Source: a virus
IMG/VR virus record: IMGVR_UViG_3300020457_000004
Location: 64,001-128,000 of that record
Strand: one strand, 5' to 3'
Length of the DNA stretch: 64,000 nt
In this document: positions 8,016 to 20,200 of the stretch, piece after piece
How positions within the stretch are numbered: position 1 is the stretch's first letter
How the letters are laid out: every line of letters begins with the position of its first letter
Program-made: the position numbers and the translations under genes
The notes under the pieces: model-generated
What the model was told of the DNA's origin: nothing
Databases searched by the model: none
What the model saw: the letters and a program-made list of their open reading frames with translations, nothing else

Positions 8016-11000
8016 TCACGCCTGTAAGGCGATAATCCTCAATTGTTTTGCTTCTGGTACTTGAGAAGTGTTTGATGTAAGCATTACCAATTTACTTGAG
8101 AAATACTTAAATCTCTTAAACTCTGTGTCTGCAACCGTACATGTGACAGCGGGTCTTGTTCCTCTAAATGTCCATGTAACCGTTCCATCTGTAGCAGTAC
8201 CAGAACCGTGTGTAGGCGCAGAACTAGCAGAAGCTGCACCAGTTGTACCACCTACTGTTGCTTCATATATGTTACCAGAATTACCTATAATTGTTCCTGT
8301 AGCATAAAATTTACTTACCGCGTGGTCATCGAATACTTTAACAGTTGGTGCGGTAGTATATCCTCGGCCTGGGTCTACAATTTCTAAAGTTGCGAGACCA
8401 CCAGCAGACAATGCAGTACATTTAATTTGTGCCTGTTTAGTAACAGCAGAACCACCTCCACTAAATGAGAAGTTTACAGAACTTGCACTTGCGATACCAC
8501 TTCCAGCAGTACCGATTGTTAGAGCGTTTACACGCTTAACAGATTGTGTAAATATTCCATCTGAGTCTAAAGCAGTACTAGGCAACTTGTAGTTAAAGTC
8601 GATAAACCTACTTTGTGACATAGCAATTCCTTTCGGATTTGTATCGTCAAGTTCCATTTCTATCCAAGGTAAATCTTCGTAAAAATCTCCATCATCTTCT
8701 ATTGCTTGTCCTTTGAAGTAAATTTTAAATGAAGAGCCAGGCGGTTGTCTTAGAGCAACTGAAAGTCTTACATCCTCTGCTTCTTGTCCATCAGCAAGAC
8801 GAACTCTCCTTGAAATAAACTTAGATAATGCGTTACCAGTATTAGTTTCTTCACCAGTAGAATCATTGTTGATATCAAATTTTCTTAGTATAGCAGCATT
8901 ACGATATAGTGATATAACTGGAGAAAGAAGTGTGGTATCAGTACTCAATTCATACCTGTGTCGATAACTCTTCTTAGCTACTTTAGAACCACCAGTAAAT
9001 GCAAACTCGTTCTTCGCGGAGAACAGACCAGCCTCTAGAACAGTAGGTTGTCTGACAACTGGTAATATATCCGTAAATGTAGAACCAGCAGCAGTTGAAC
9101 CAGTAGAGTTTGTTACACATGCTTTATATTTAATTTGAGCTTCTGGGAATTCTTTAACAGTCATGTTAGTTCTAAGACTATTAAAGGTCTTGTTAAAGAT
9201 ACTGGCAATCTTAAATGAAGTATTCCTATTGAATCCTTGTTCTCCGTCAGCAGTAACAGGGTCACCTGTTCCCAAGACATCACCTACAGCAAAAAGGAAG
9301 TCAGAATCACCAGCGTAAGCAGCATCTATTGTTTCTTTATCATAGATGATTTCCATCTTTTCTGTTCGTGGGTCTACTTCGTCTATCTGTCCGTGTTTAA
9401 TCTTTAATGTAAATGTAGCACCAGAACCACCAGTAGGAGTAACAGAAGCCTGTCCTGTAGTTGGTATAGAAACATTAGCAGGAAAATCACTTGCTCTTTG
9501 TGGTTTAAATCCTATACCAGCATCATGAATTTCTACTCCAGTTACTACACCAGAACTTACTGAAGTTACTTTTAATTTGACTCCAGAACCAGAAAGATTA
9601 TTACTGGATGAAGCAGTAGCAGTCTGGACATTAATTGCGTTCAATGTAATAATATCATTGACACTATAACCAGAACCACCACCAGCGATACCAACTTTAA
9701 ATGTATGAACATCTTGTCCATCAATCGGTCTACCGTTTAGATAATCTGAAGCAGTAATAAATTCTGCATCTTCGTTTACAAACTCGCATGTTCCAGAACC
9801 AACTGTAAATCTTTCATAGAAAGCCACATATTTCAAGTCTTCTGTTTGGTGAGGACTCCAAGCCCTGTTGTTTGATGAAGTAAATAACATTCCAGCGATA
9901 TCAGTTTCTTCCGCAGTTACCCTTTCTTCTGTTCCTATTTTATTTTCACCTAACTTAGAACACCAAACATTGTAATTGGGGTCATTTCGTTGAGGCATAA
10001 GAACCATGGCGTATTCTTCATTTGGTGCGACATAAATTGGTTCATCAAACTCAAAGTCTGTAGCAACATCTGCTGTAAACTGATAGTTAGTTTGTCTACC
10101 ACCAGATATATCTGGAGTTGTTTTTACTTCTGATGCTTTTAAGAACTTCCTAGCACCAGAAAGAACTACATCGGTTGGGAACCCATTTAAAACTTTTCTA
10201 AGTTCACATGTAATACCCTGTCCAGTATCAGTTGCTGAATTTGCAACATTAGCAGATTGGCCTGGTCTGTCTCTAAACCAAACTCTCATTTTCTTTATAA
10301 ATGCTCCACTTGGTGCATCACCGATACCAAATGTTTGAGCGATTGGGTCTCCCCTTCTTATAGGTGGATGGTGAATAAATGTTGGTGAGGTAACATCAAG
10401 TCTGGCGTTTAAGTCTGCATTGAGAGTCATTTCGCCTGGCTGAAGGTCTACATCTGTAACCATTGTTCCTTTCTTTTCAAGTACTGGTTCACCTACAGTA
10501 GTTGAAGTAGTCATCGCGTGTTGTTCGTAAACTATATCTGTTTCCTTTTGGAAAACATTCATGGCAAAAGCAGAGTAAATATTTTCTGCTGATGTTGTTA
10601 CAAAATTGTATCTATCTTCTGGGTCATCTGTTACTCGCATCCTTCTTGTACCTACGGCAAATGTAGGTAGTCCAGCAGCTTCCGCTGAACCATCATTACC
10701 TCTTGGTAACCAGTAAACAAAAGCAGCGTCACCGTTTGAGTCAGTAACAATAGGTGAACCTATATCAGCAGGAGCAGAAGCACTAAACAGATAGTTTTTA
10801 CTTTCATCTTCAACACCACCCAAAGGAGCGGCATTTAATCTTGCACCTAAGAATATGTGTCCTGTTCTGGAACCAGATGCTTTCCATGCTGGAATCAGAG
10901 CGTCAAACCCGCCTGGGTCACAAGGACAACATCTATCATCTTGTCTGATATCATCAAAGTAGAAATATAATCTTGTGTTGGGTTTCATTCTGCGAACCCT

Positions 11001-14000
11001 AACACCTATTCTGTTTCCTCTCATGTTTGGTAGTAGAGAAACATCCGTAACAAAGTTACCTAATGGGTGTACTTGAGTGTCTACAGCGGATGCTGTCGCG
11101 GTGGTTATTATGGAAGTAGTTTTCTGTACAATGTCTTGAACCTCCATAGTTTGAGTAGCAGTTGCACTCGCAGAAATTGTACCGCCAATATCACCAGTTA
11201 CCGAACCATCTCCTCTTTGTTCAAACCATCCATTTCTTGCACCGCCATTTAGTGTTGTAATACTTTGTGATACATCACCAGTAATTGTTCCAGTTGCGTC
11301 AGTTTCACCAGAAATTGTAATCGCTTCTTTTTCAACTGGTCGGGTTCCCCCCTCAACAAAACTTCCATCTGAATTTAACAAACCAGCTTCAAAACTAGTT
11401 TCAAATCTAACAGCATTATCACTATTATTAAAAGAGTCAACTTGAGCTTGAACAGCGGCAGCATTTGATAATGTAATTACATTTTTCTGTTGTTGAGTTT
11501 TAAAAGTAGCACCCGAATCTGAACGAGGGAATAAATCCATTTCACCGTCATAGTTAAACAACAATTCACCTACACAGTTTCTTACCTTAGTTGCGAATCT
11601 ATTTTCTAATCCAGCTTCTAAAACAAAAGGTCTTGTAATTGAACTACCTTGTTGAACCCACCCAGAAGTGCCATGTGTGTCATTTAATTTTAAGTCTACT
11701 TGATAGTCATCAAAGTTAGGCCCTAATCTTTTCTTCTGAGAATCATAAGAAGCAGCATAACTTGGGTCTGATAAATCACTTAGTAGGTCTCCATCAAATG
11801 AGTTTACATAGATACCATTTTTAAATCTATCATTTCCGTTTGAGTCTAGAATAACTTGGTCTTTTGCTTGCATTTCCATTAGACTTAAAGCAAGATAATA
11901 TTCTAGTCTATCAATTCTTTTTGAGATTGCACCAATGTCTCTCATGGTGAATCGTCTATGTTGTCCCTCTAGTTTATGAAAGACAGCATTTAATTCTTGT
12001 CCAAATCTAGCAGCAAGTCCTGGCGCCAATGATGGGAAAGGTGGAATTTGTATTTCAGCAATCTGCATTGCATCATCCATAGATGGCCCTTTAGCAGGCA
12101 GAGCAGATATACCCTCGACAATCTTCATCTGACCAGATTTACTTATAACAAGTTTATCTATTCTAGGCAGATAGTATTCTACATCTGTTGTAAAATTACT
12201 ATTAGGTGTCGGGAATTGAATACCGTTTGAAGGTAAATCAAAATCATCTGTAGGATATGGATTTTCAGTAGCAACTTCTAATGTTGTAGCAGATACAGCA
12301 GTCTGTTTACTTCTTGGTCTAAAATCAATCGCATCCCTAAGATTAAAGTTACCTAGTTTTTTAGAATTGTGATAAGGAATTTCAAATGTGTATATACCAG
12401 TAGCACCAGTATCGTCTACTGGATAAGAATCTTTTGCAAAGTATGTTCCATTTGAACCACCATAGTTAGCGGTAAAGTGACTCAATTTAACTGTTAAAAG
12501 TTTGTCTGTTGTGTTGAGAGAACTTGTTGCTTTTTTAACTATTTTTGAGTGACCATAGAAGTTATCGTTCTGTCCAGTATCTAAAATAAAATCTTTTTTA
12601 TGGTTAATTTTATTATCTGAATCGTCTAAGTATGTGTTTAAGTCTGAAGAAACATATATCGCTTCAATTTCCTTAACATCTACTATACCAAGAGGCCATG
12701 GCCCGTTTGCACCGCCGACATTATCTCGCGTGTCAATCTTGACATATCTACCAGTATTGAGTGCTTTTGGTACTGGAACAGCATCAACTACTTTTACTTC
12801 TACTTGTAAGTAAGCGTCATATGTTCCACTAGGTGTACCAACATCAAACTCCATTGTTTGACCGTTAGCAGCAGCTGTAACCATGCTTGGGGTAATTCTA
12901 ATAACTCGACCTTCAGAACCAGAAATAGTAGTACCATCACCAATATCTGTGATACCAGAAGTCTTACATACCATGTAAATTTTATTATCTAATATTGTCT
13001 GTGTCAAACCAGCAACACTATATGGGAATATTACTTCTGAACCAAGTGATGCAGTACTGATACTAAACTGACCATTAGCAGGAACACTTACATTGAATTC
13101 TTCTGTATAAAAATATTGAGTATCATATGTTCCACCACCAGCAGCTGCAAGGGTCTTAGTTGACTGCCAAGGTGCTTGATAAACTAATTTGTTGTAATCT
13201 GTTCCGTGTACAAAAGCAGTATCACCAGTTCCATTTCCAGTTGTATCATCGAGTATGATGTCAGCGAAACCACTATCAGTAGAATTTGGGAATTGAATAC
13301 ATCTCGCGTCCCCAATTTTTCCATCTCGTATTCTTACATCATATACAAAAAGTCTGTATTGTGTAGCAGCAGCGCCTGGGTTTCCAGATGCCCTCTTTAA
13401 GGCACGAACCCTACATGTACCAATAGTTGTTCCTAAAGCAGCATGTCCACCAAATGTTCCATCTGAGTGAGCGGCTGCACCTGTCTGTGAACCTATACTT
13501 CCAAAGAATCCAATATTACATACCCCACCATTTTCTATATCAAATGTACCAACAACTTCTTTAACATTAAAATAGTTACCATATCCTAATGTGACATCTC
13601 TAGATTCTTTGGTTTCTGTAGATGTTCCTTTTCTAATTTTTATTGGTTGGTTTTTGAAATATTCTCTTCGGAATCCATTTGCGTATGCAATGCCTGGCGA
13701 AACAAGTGCCATAAGCGCATTTGCATCGCCTGGGTCTGTAGCGTTTGTACTAAATCTATATCCTTCGTTATCTATTCTATATGATACACCTCTGTAACCA
13801 AAACTTACTGTGCCACTAAGAACATCTCCACTTGTATGTACTGGTGGAGTACCAGAATTAGAGGTTCCAGCAATATTCACTTCATAAAGATTACCTAAGT
13901 GATTTACATATTGACCCACACTATAATTGGTATTTGTTGATGTATTAAAAGTTACACCTTTTAATGTTTTTAAATGCTCTACTATTTTTATAGTAAACGG

Positions 14001-15122
14001 TTCAATTACATAATCACCATCTGTTTCATTTTTCTCTACAGCAAGAGCTTTACCGAGTTCTGCAAGTTCATTTAATCTGGTATCATATTTCTTTTGTATC
14101 TGTCCTTGTTTTACTTTATAAAGAGCAGTAAACCCAGTTGGCATTTCAAAATATTTAAATACCACAGTACCATCTGTCGCGTTACCTGTAGTATGAGTTG
14201 GGCCATCACCAACTGAATTAGTTGTACCAGAGGTAGTAACTTCGTAAATGTTATCACCGTTTGATATAAACTCACCGATTTCATATATTGTTGAGTTAGC
14301 GTAATCTTTTCCGTATGGAACTTTTGTAATTACGGTGTCTATTTTAGTTCTATCGGCGCCTGGTGCATTAAAGTTGAAAGCACCTGTAGCGGGGTCTAGA
14401 AGACTTGAATCATCATCTGAAGTTACAATTGACTCATTTACTTTGATACCAACAAAGAAGTTGACATTCATATTGAAATCGTCAAGTCTTAGTGTCTGAG
14501 TATCATGAGCAATAAATTTACCTTGAGCGTATATAATACCTTCTTCTATAACAAAGTCTATCGCGTACCCATAAAAGTTTTTGGTAAAACTAGCAATGTC
14601 TGTATTATTATCTACAACAAAGGTATCTCCGTTTCTTCCAGAGTCAGTACTAGTTACAGTTAATGTTTCTCCTGCCTCAAATCTTATTGAAGATTCAATA
14701 ATACCAGATTCTAATTCATTACCTTTGGTGTAGTTAAGATAAAATGTTTTCTTTTTAACTGCATCTGTGTCACTTCCAGTTTTACAATCTTTAATTTCTG
14801 CTTTGATTCCTGTCGTAGAACCAGTTATTGTGTCGCCAATATAATTTGCAAGAGTGTCATTTGATACGGCAGTACCAGAAGAATCAACATCGTTAATTTT
14901 AATATAAGGGACAAGGACAGGATATCCAGAACCACCTCTTACTGTAGCACCATCGGTGAATACAAAATCACCAAATTCTTTTATGGTGTTTAACACATAA
15001 TCTTGTAACTGGGTTAACTCTCTGGCTTGTACCGCAACTCCAGGCTTGAAGACTACGCGATTAAACTTTTTCGCTGCTGAAAAATCGTTATAATAAGGTG
15101 TTACATTTAAATCAATCGCCAT
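8016..15122 (-). CDS. large VrlC-like (DUF4815-type) virion structural protein
   Basis: DLNVTPYYNDF..VFKPGVAVQARELTQLQ N-terminus, APGADR, IDFRP, YYLPRID, RFTMRDIG..RIDRLEYY, DPIAQTF, ends LRIIAL. Confidence 0.88.
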   Translation of the reverse strand: MAIDLNVTPYYNDFSAAKKFNRVVFKPGVAVQARELTQLQDYVLNTIKEFGDFVFTDGATVRGGSGYPVLVPYIKINDVDSSGTAVSNDTLANYIGDTITGSTTGIKAEIKDCKTGSDTDAVKKKTFYLNYTKGNELESGIIESSIRFEAGETLTVTSTDSGRNGDTFVVDNNTDIASFTKNFYGYAIDFVIEEGIIYAQGKFIAHDTQTLRLDDFNMNVNFFVGIKVNESIVTSDDDSSLLDPATGAFNFNAPGADRTKIDTVITKVPYGKDYANSTIYEIGEFISNGDNIYEVTTSGTTNSVGDGPTHTTGNATDGTVVFKYFEMPTGFTALYKVKQGQIQKKYDTRLNELAELGKALAVEKNETDGDYVIEPFTIKIVEHLKTLKGVTFNTSTNTNYSVGQYVNHLGNLYEVNIAGTSNSGTPPVHTSGDVLSGTVSFGYRGVSYRIDNEGYRFSTNATDPGDANALMALVSPGIAYANGFRREYFKNQPIKIRKGTSTETKESRDVTLGYGNYFNVKEVVGTFDIENGGVCNIGFFGSIGSQTGAAAHSDGTFGGHAALGTTIGTCRVRALKRASGNPGAAATQYRLFVYDVRIRDGKIGDARCIQFPNSTDSGFADIILDDTTGNGTGDTAFVHGTDYNKLVYQAPWQSTKTLAAAGGGTYDTQYFYTEEFNVSVPANGQFSISTASLGSEVIFPYSVAGLTQTILDNKIYMVCKTSGITDIGDGTTISGSEGRVIRITPSMVTAAANGQTMEFDVGTPSGTYDAYLQVEVKVVDAVPVPKALNTGRYVKIDTRDNVGGANGPWPLGIVDVKEIEAIYVSSDLNTYLDDSDNKINHKKDFILDTGQNDNFYGHSKIVKKATSSLNTTDKLLTVKLSHFTANYGGSNGTYFAKDSYPVDDTGATGIYTFEIPYHNSKKLGNFNLRDAIDFRPRSKQTAVSATTLEVATENPYPTDDFDLPSNGIQFPTPNSNFTTDVEYYLPRIDKLVISKSGQMKIVEGISALPAKGPSMDDAMQIAEIQIPPFPSLAPGLAARFGQELNAVFHKLEGQHRRFTMRDIGAISKRIDRLEYYLALSLMEMQAKDQVILDSNGNDRFKNGIYVNSFDGDLLSDLSDPSYAASYDSQKKRLGPNFDDYQVDLKLNDTHGTSGWVQQGSSITRPFVLEAGLENRFATKVRNCVGELLFNYDGEMDLFPRSDSGATFKTQQQKNVITLSNAAAVQAQVDSFNNSDNAVRFETSFEAGLLNSDGSFVEGGTRPVEKEAITISGETDATGTITGDVSQSITTLNGGARNGWFEQRGDGSVTGDIGGTISASATATQTMEVQDIVQKTTSIITTATASAVDTQVHPLGNFVTDVSLLPNMRGNRIGVRVRRMKPNTRLYFYFDDIRQDDRCCPCDPGGFDALIPAWKASGSRTGHIFLGARLNAAPLGGVEDESKNYLFSASAPADIGSPIVTDSNGDAAFVYWLPRGNDGSAEAAGLPTFAVGTRRMRVTDDPEDRYNFVTTSAENIYSAFAMNVFQKETDIVYEQHAMTTSTTVGEPVLEKKGTMVTDVDLQPGEMTLNADLNARLDVTSPTFIHHPPIRRGDPIAQTFGIGDAPSGAFIKKMRVWFRDRPGQSANVANSATDTGQGITCELRKVLNGFPTDVVLSGARKFLKASEVKTTPDISGGRQTNYQFTADVATDFEFDEPIYVAPNEEYAMVLMPQRNDPNYNVWCSKLGENKIGTEERVTAEETDIAGMLFTSSNNRAWSPHQTEDLKYVAFYERFTVGSGTCEFVNEDAEFITASDYLNGRPIDGQDVHTFKVGIAGGGSGYSVNDIITLNAINVQTATASSSNNLSGSGVKLKVTSVSSGVVTGVEIHDAGIGFKPQRASDFPANVSIPTTGQASVTPTGGSGATFTLKIKHGQIDEVDPRTEKMEIIYDKETIDAAYAGDSDFLFAVGDVLGTGDPVTADGEQGFNRNTSFKIASIFNKTFNSLRTNMTVKEFPEAQIKYKACVTNSTGSTAAGSTFTDILPVVRQPTVLEAGLFSAKNEFAFTGGSKVAKKSYRHRYELSTDTTLLSPVISLYRNAAILRKFDINNDSTGEETNTGNALSKFISRRVRLADGQEAEDVRLSVALRQPPGSSFKIYFKGQAIEDDGDFYEDLPWIEMELDDTNPKGIAMSQSRFIDFNYKLPSTALDSDGIFTQSVKRVNALTIGTAGSGIASASSVNFSFSGGGSAVTKQAQIKCTALSAGGLATLEIVDPGRGYTTAPTVKVFDDHAVSKFYATGTIIGNSGNIYEATVGGTTGAASASSAPTHGSGTATDGTVTWTFRGTRPAVTCTVADTEFKRFKYFSSKLVMLTSNTSQVPEAKQLRIIALQA

Positions 15123-15132
15123 TTCTTTTCCC

Positions 15133-16731
15133 TTAGAAAGTAAATATTATTTTTACTGTCTCTACTTGACCCTCTTCTCTTGTAATAGGTTTTCTATTAT
15201 CAAAGTAAACTATGTCTCCAGAGTTGTGGTCTATTTCTGGATTTGTAAGACTATTTATAGGTAAACTAGAGAGTCCTTTTGTTAAATTTGTAATTGTGTC
15301 ACTAATGCCTATTCCTGCCACATCTTCCTGTAAATAAACACTATCGTCCGTTCCATTTCCTGTTGTATCTCTTAACTGTGCTACTGTAAAACTACCTCCA
15401 CTTGTCGCGGTTAGTTTATCGTCTGGGCCATAATTGTTGGGGTCACTTATTCCTATGATGAAATGAGGAGAACCAGTTGCATCATCGAATAAGGTACTTA
15501 AACTATATTTAGTAATGTTTTTCATCAACCCAACTTGTCTATAGTCGTTTCCTGTAATTAAATCTCTAGAATCATTATCAAAAGAAACTGTTACGCCCAC
15601 CCTCTTACAAAACAATTCTTTTTGTGGGTGAGCTCCGTGTCCGTCAATAGGTGATATGATAACTCTAAAAGCAGCATTAATTCCACCACCAGATGCCTGA
15701 GTAAGTTCAACACTTGCATTTGTATATCCAGAGCCTGGATTTGTTATGGTTACCCCTGTGACATTTCCATTTGTATTTACCACAGCGGCTGCAGTAGCAC
15801 CAACACCATCACCTAATATTTTTATACTTACATCACCAGCAGTATAATCTGAACCTTGATTTGTAACTACTATTTTATCAATGGTTCCTTTTACAGCAGT
15901 ACCTTCCACATTTGTTTGTAAACTTGGTGTGTCTGTACTTCCAAGAACAGCATCTGCTTTCGCGTTAGCACCAGCACCACCAGTTATAACTATGTCTGCA
16001 AAAGTATATCCAGAACCAGCACCAGTTATGGTTATAGCGGTTACTGCTCCACCACTTATAGTAGCAGCTGCAGTAGCACCAACACCATCTCCGTTTATGG
16101 TAATAGTAGGTGGTGAAGTATATCCACTTCCCCCATTACTAACTGTAATACTATCAATCTCACCGTTTACATCAAACGATGGTTGACCAGCACCAGATAC
16201 TTTTCTGACTGGCATAAATGCTGTAGATAAAAACTTAGTTCTATCTGAAGCACCTATTTGAAATAAAAATTTCCATTTATAACCATCTGAGGTTGTAAAT
16301 ATTTCAGTTCCAGTACTGTTTGGTTTTACGGTACTTTGTCCATTACTGTTATTATCAATACATTTGTAAACATTAAAATCGTCTGTTAAGGCATAAAAGT
16401 TTGCAGTATGTAATGATGTAGCACCAGAATTGGATGGATTTGAGGAACTATAAGCATCATCATACCTATCATAAACCGTACCAGTTACCCAATCAATCCT
16501 ACGAGCTAACATAGCCGTATCAGCAGACTGTACTCTTTTTACAAAAAGTATCTTGTCTCTGAAGTTCTGCACATCGACACGATTATCTACCGATGTATCA
16601 GGCGCAGTATCATCCGTCCATGTTTCAGTACGCGAGGCCGCAAGATAAAATTTATCATTGCCGTTATAGATGTCTCTATAGAAAGACCTCGCCTGATGAA
16701 ACCTTGCCTGTTCTAGTAACAGAATGGCCAT
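15133..16731 (-). CDS. gp8: baseplate wedge subunit gp8-like
   Basis: [66 protein letters not shown]. Confidence 0.88.
   Translation of the reverse strand: MAILLLEQARFHQARSFYRDIYNGNDKFYLAASRTETWTDDTAPDTSVDNRVDVQNFRDKILFVKRVQSADTAMLARRIDWVTGTVYDRYDDAYSSSNPSNSGATSLHTANFYALTDDFNVYKCIDNNSNGQSTVKPNSTGTEIFTTSDGYKWKFLFQIGASDRTKFLSTAFMPVRKVSGAGQPSFDVNGEIDSITVSNGGSGYTSPPTITINGDGVGATAAATISGGAVTAITITGAGSGYTFADIVITGGAGANAKADAVLGSTDTPSLQTNVEGTAVKGTIDKIVVTNQGSDYTAGDVSIKILGDGVGATAAAVVNTNGNVTGVTITNPGSGYTNASVELTQASGGGINAAFRVIISPIDGHGAHPQKELFCKRVGVTVSFDNDSRDLITGNDYRQVGLMKNITKYSLSTLFDDATGSPHFIIGISDPNNYGPDDKLTATSGGSFTVAQLRDTTGNGTDDSVYLQEDVAGIGISDTITNLTKGLSSLPINSLTNPEIDHNSGDIVYFDNRKPITREEGQVETVKIIFTF
15252..15259 (-). 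promoter_or_regulatory. T4-type late promoter (internal, upstream of VrlC-like gene)
   Basis: TATAAATA on the minus strand about 130 nt upstream of ATG 15122. Confidence 0.5.
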
Positions 16732-16754
16732 GCACTAACTCCTTAGTTTAACTC

Positions 16755-17204
16755 TTAGGAGTCAGATACAGTAACCGTCCAAGTGATCTTTAGTGTATCA
16801 GCAGCGGCTTTGTTTACCACAGAAAATACAGTTCTACACAGTAGCGTACCACCAGAACTAGCGTTTAAGATTCCTGCCTCAACAACCGCACCTGTACCAG
16901 TACCAGCGGGGAAGTCCCCAACATAAGCGACTGAATTTGAAGTGACAGTAGTAGAAGTAAGAGCAACCCTACCAAGTTCTGTACCTAATGCGGTATTACC
17001 AGCAGCGGCAGCAGTATTATCTGAACCGATTGCCATATGTGACATCGCGGTAGCAGATGCATCTTTCATACGAGATGCGATATAGTTAAGACCGTTGTTT
17101 ACAACGACATTTTTTATTTCTTGGGTTTCTTTTAAGTTCCCAAACTCATCAAACAACTCAAGAGTCAATCGACCCTTAGCGTCTAAGGCATTTTTTTGCA
17201 ACAT
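16755..17204 (-). CDS. virion structural protein (tail-collar/fibre-attachment-like)
   Basis: KNVVVNNG..MAIGSD..ALGTELGR..EAGILNASSGGTLLCRTVFSVVNKAAADTLKITWTVT. Confidence 0.7.
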   Translation of the reverse strand: MLQKNALDAKGRLTLELFDEFGNLKETQEIKNVVVNNGLNYIASRMKDASATAMSHMAIGSDNTAAAAGNTALGTELGRVALTSTTVTSNSVAYVGDFPAGTGTGAVVEAGILNASSGGTLLCRTVFSVVNKAAADTLKITWTVTVSDS

Positions 17205-17245
17205 TGTTATCTCCTCTAAAAATTAGTTATTGCCTTGTTATTCCT

Positions 17246-17253
17246 TATTTATA
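17246..17253 (-). promoter_or_regulatory. T4-type late promoter
   Basis: TATAAATA in the intergenic region upstream of 17204, followed by a GAGGAG RBS. Confidence 0.75.
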
Positions 17254-17270
17254 AGAATTAAAATTAGTTT

Positions 17271-20200
17271 TTAAAAATTCACTACCGTATCAGCAACATA
17301 ATCTTCGGCAAAGTAAGTTAAATCGACTGTATATGATTGTGAGATAAGACTACCACTATCACTTATAGCAGCATCTTCGTCCACGGAAGAACCTGTGAGG
17401 TCTATCTCTATATCAAGTTTAGTAATTGAATCAGCAGTATTTGAAGTATCTGTTGGGCCAGTTGTGATATCAAAATTATTTATACTGTCAGCAGTAGCAC
17501 TTGTATCAGTTGGATTGACACCTATATCAAACTTATTCACACTATCTGCGGTAGCTACTGAGTCAGTAGGTCTTGGTTGTGCCTCTACAGATGGAGTGTC
17601 TTGCGTTAGTGTTGTATCAGTACTAATCAATTGTGGTTCTATTGATAGTGTATCATCACTTGTAAATGTGTCAGCTCTACCAGCGGTTACATCAAATGCT
17701 GTTGAATCATCCGCATTTGGTGTATCTGTTGGGTTAACTCCGATATCAAATTTATCAATCGCGTCAGCAAACAGAAGAGTCTCAACAGCACCAACACCTC
17801 TTTCTACACTTACTGAATCTTGCATTGTAAATGAGTCAGTCGGATTTCTGAAGAATACGAATGATATCAATACAGACTCACCCATTTCTACACTATCCGT
17901 TGCGACAGCCTGAACTTCAAGTGATGTTAGTGTATCATTAGCAAAGAAGAATTCTGTACTTCTTTCGGTATCATCTGCAATAAGAACCGTATATCTACCA
18001 GCATCGTTAGCAAAGTAATCCAATGCGTATTCACCAGTATCCGTTGAATTGAAATTCATCTCTACTAGTTTTTGTGGATTACCAAGTTCTACATACGGGC
18101 CACCGTCATTTAAGAAATAGTCACCAACACCAAATCTTTCTACATAGTCATCTGATGCAGAACTGTGTTGTTCAAAGTATGGGTCACCAGTTTCAGTTCC
18201 ATCTGAAGTCGCGTAGAAAACTCTTACGGATGTACCAACAAATGTATACGGGCCTTCTTCAGATTGAATTCCAACACTCTCTGTTTGAGTAGTTGTGACA
18301 TCAAATGTATTGATGGCATCGCCTGGGAAAATTGAATCAGGCCCTGCTTCTGCAATCTCAACTGCCTTAACCACACTTTCATCAACAAGAATTTCCTCAA
18401 TGTCTGGATACTTGAAGAACATGTAAACATCTGTTTCAACTGTAAATCCAGCAGAGAAATCAATATCCTGTTTAATTTGTAGGTCACCATATAATGCAAA
18501 ACCAGCTGGGTGAGCAGCTCGTTTGACATAATCTTTCCATTCAGATGCTTGTAATTCTGATTGTATCTGATAGGCGAATGGTTGATAAACTATGTTATCG
18601 AATAGTCTGTTTGCATCTGATAGGAATCCACCAGCGTCACCAGCAACTCCACCTAGAACTGCATTATATCCTGTATTAAAGTCAACTAAAGCAATCTGAC
18701 CAGTAGGTGATTCCAATTCTATTTGGAAATCCTGTCTGTTAAATCCTTGTCCTACCGCGAGAACTTCAAATGTAGCAGGATATCCAACATCGTTCAATGA
18801 TGTAATTCTTACATAGGCATTATTAGATACGCCTGTTAGTGTATAATCCTCTCCAAAATAATCTATAGCATAGACACCCAGAATACCACCACTTTCATTG
18901 ATAACATAAGAATCACCAATTTTAAATCCACCAGCGGTTGTGCTTGACCCATCTTTTATTGAGTTAAATTTAGCAGTATTTAAAACCCTAGTTACCATAC
19001 CTTTCATAGCAGAGAAGACATCACCACTAGTGGTGTCTGGGAATACTTCTCCCGCTAAACTAACAAAGGTAAGAGTTAATCCTGTTGATATTCTAAGGTC
19101 TGGTAAATTATTATATCCTGCCCCTTGTTGGTTATTTGTAAATAAAATTTGGTCTACAACACCATTTGTGGTTCTAGTTTCTATTAGCGCTTCTTGAGTA
19201 ATAGTATCAGAAGCATTTTCGCTTACGATAATTTGTGGGTTAGCAGCAAATCCAGTACCACCATCAATAATAATAACTTTCTTTACTTTACCATTTGTAA
19301 TAGAGGCAACTTTTATTTTAACCCCTGTTCCTGTTCCACCAAATTCAGTAGCAGGAATTTCTATTATTTCATTTGGATAATAATCAGTACCATTATCTGT
19401 CACCGTAACACTAGATACCGCGTTGCCAGCAATAACTACTGTAAATGTCGCACCAGAACTACCACTAGAATAATGTCCTGTAGCACTAGTTATTTCAATA
19501 AATCTAAACTTAACATTACCATCTATAGCGTCACCCGACTCATGATTTGGCCCAGTTCCAACACCATTGGTAACTCCTTGGTTAGTAGCAAGGTATATTT
19601 TATTATTTGCTTTTACATATGTTCCTTTAGATATTGCTAAAGAATTATCGTAGTCAATATCAATGTAAGAAGTAAAGTCTGAATCAGTAATACTATATGT
19701 ACCATCAACTACTGAGGGGTCTGGTGTGTTAAAAGAACCTCCCCCCTCTGTTCCTGTAATTGTACCTATGTCTCCTGCTACTTCTGGTTGAAGCATTTCA
19801 TCATTTGAAAGACTACCAGCGCCTGGGCCTGGCAAACTAAAAGTATTGTTTATTCCAGATAGTACAAGTTCATATGCTTGGGGGTTAGTGTAAGCAATTT
19901 TTTTGACAGATTGGACACTTGCTCTTTTAGTAAAAGCATTTGTAACCGAACCAGTTGATTCATAGTAATGAAGGTCTACTTGTTGACCAACAAAATTCTG
20001 TGGGTCGAAATCTTCTGTATCCGCGTTGATAAAAGTTTTTCTTTCATAAACTTTTACAACATAATCTTCTTGCCATTTACTTGAAGATGGTCTAAGTACA
20101 AACTCCTGTGCATTGAATAGTTCTACTTCTTCATTATAAAGTATTCTGAATAAAAGTTTGATTGCTTCTCCACTACCTTTCGCAGTATAGAAGTCATTAA

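Noticed and set aside
7765-8018. GATAAATA boxes near 7775 and 8010 as late promoters
   Set aside because: They are one-mismatch matches in AT-rich sequence overlapping stop codons; too weak to call.
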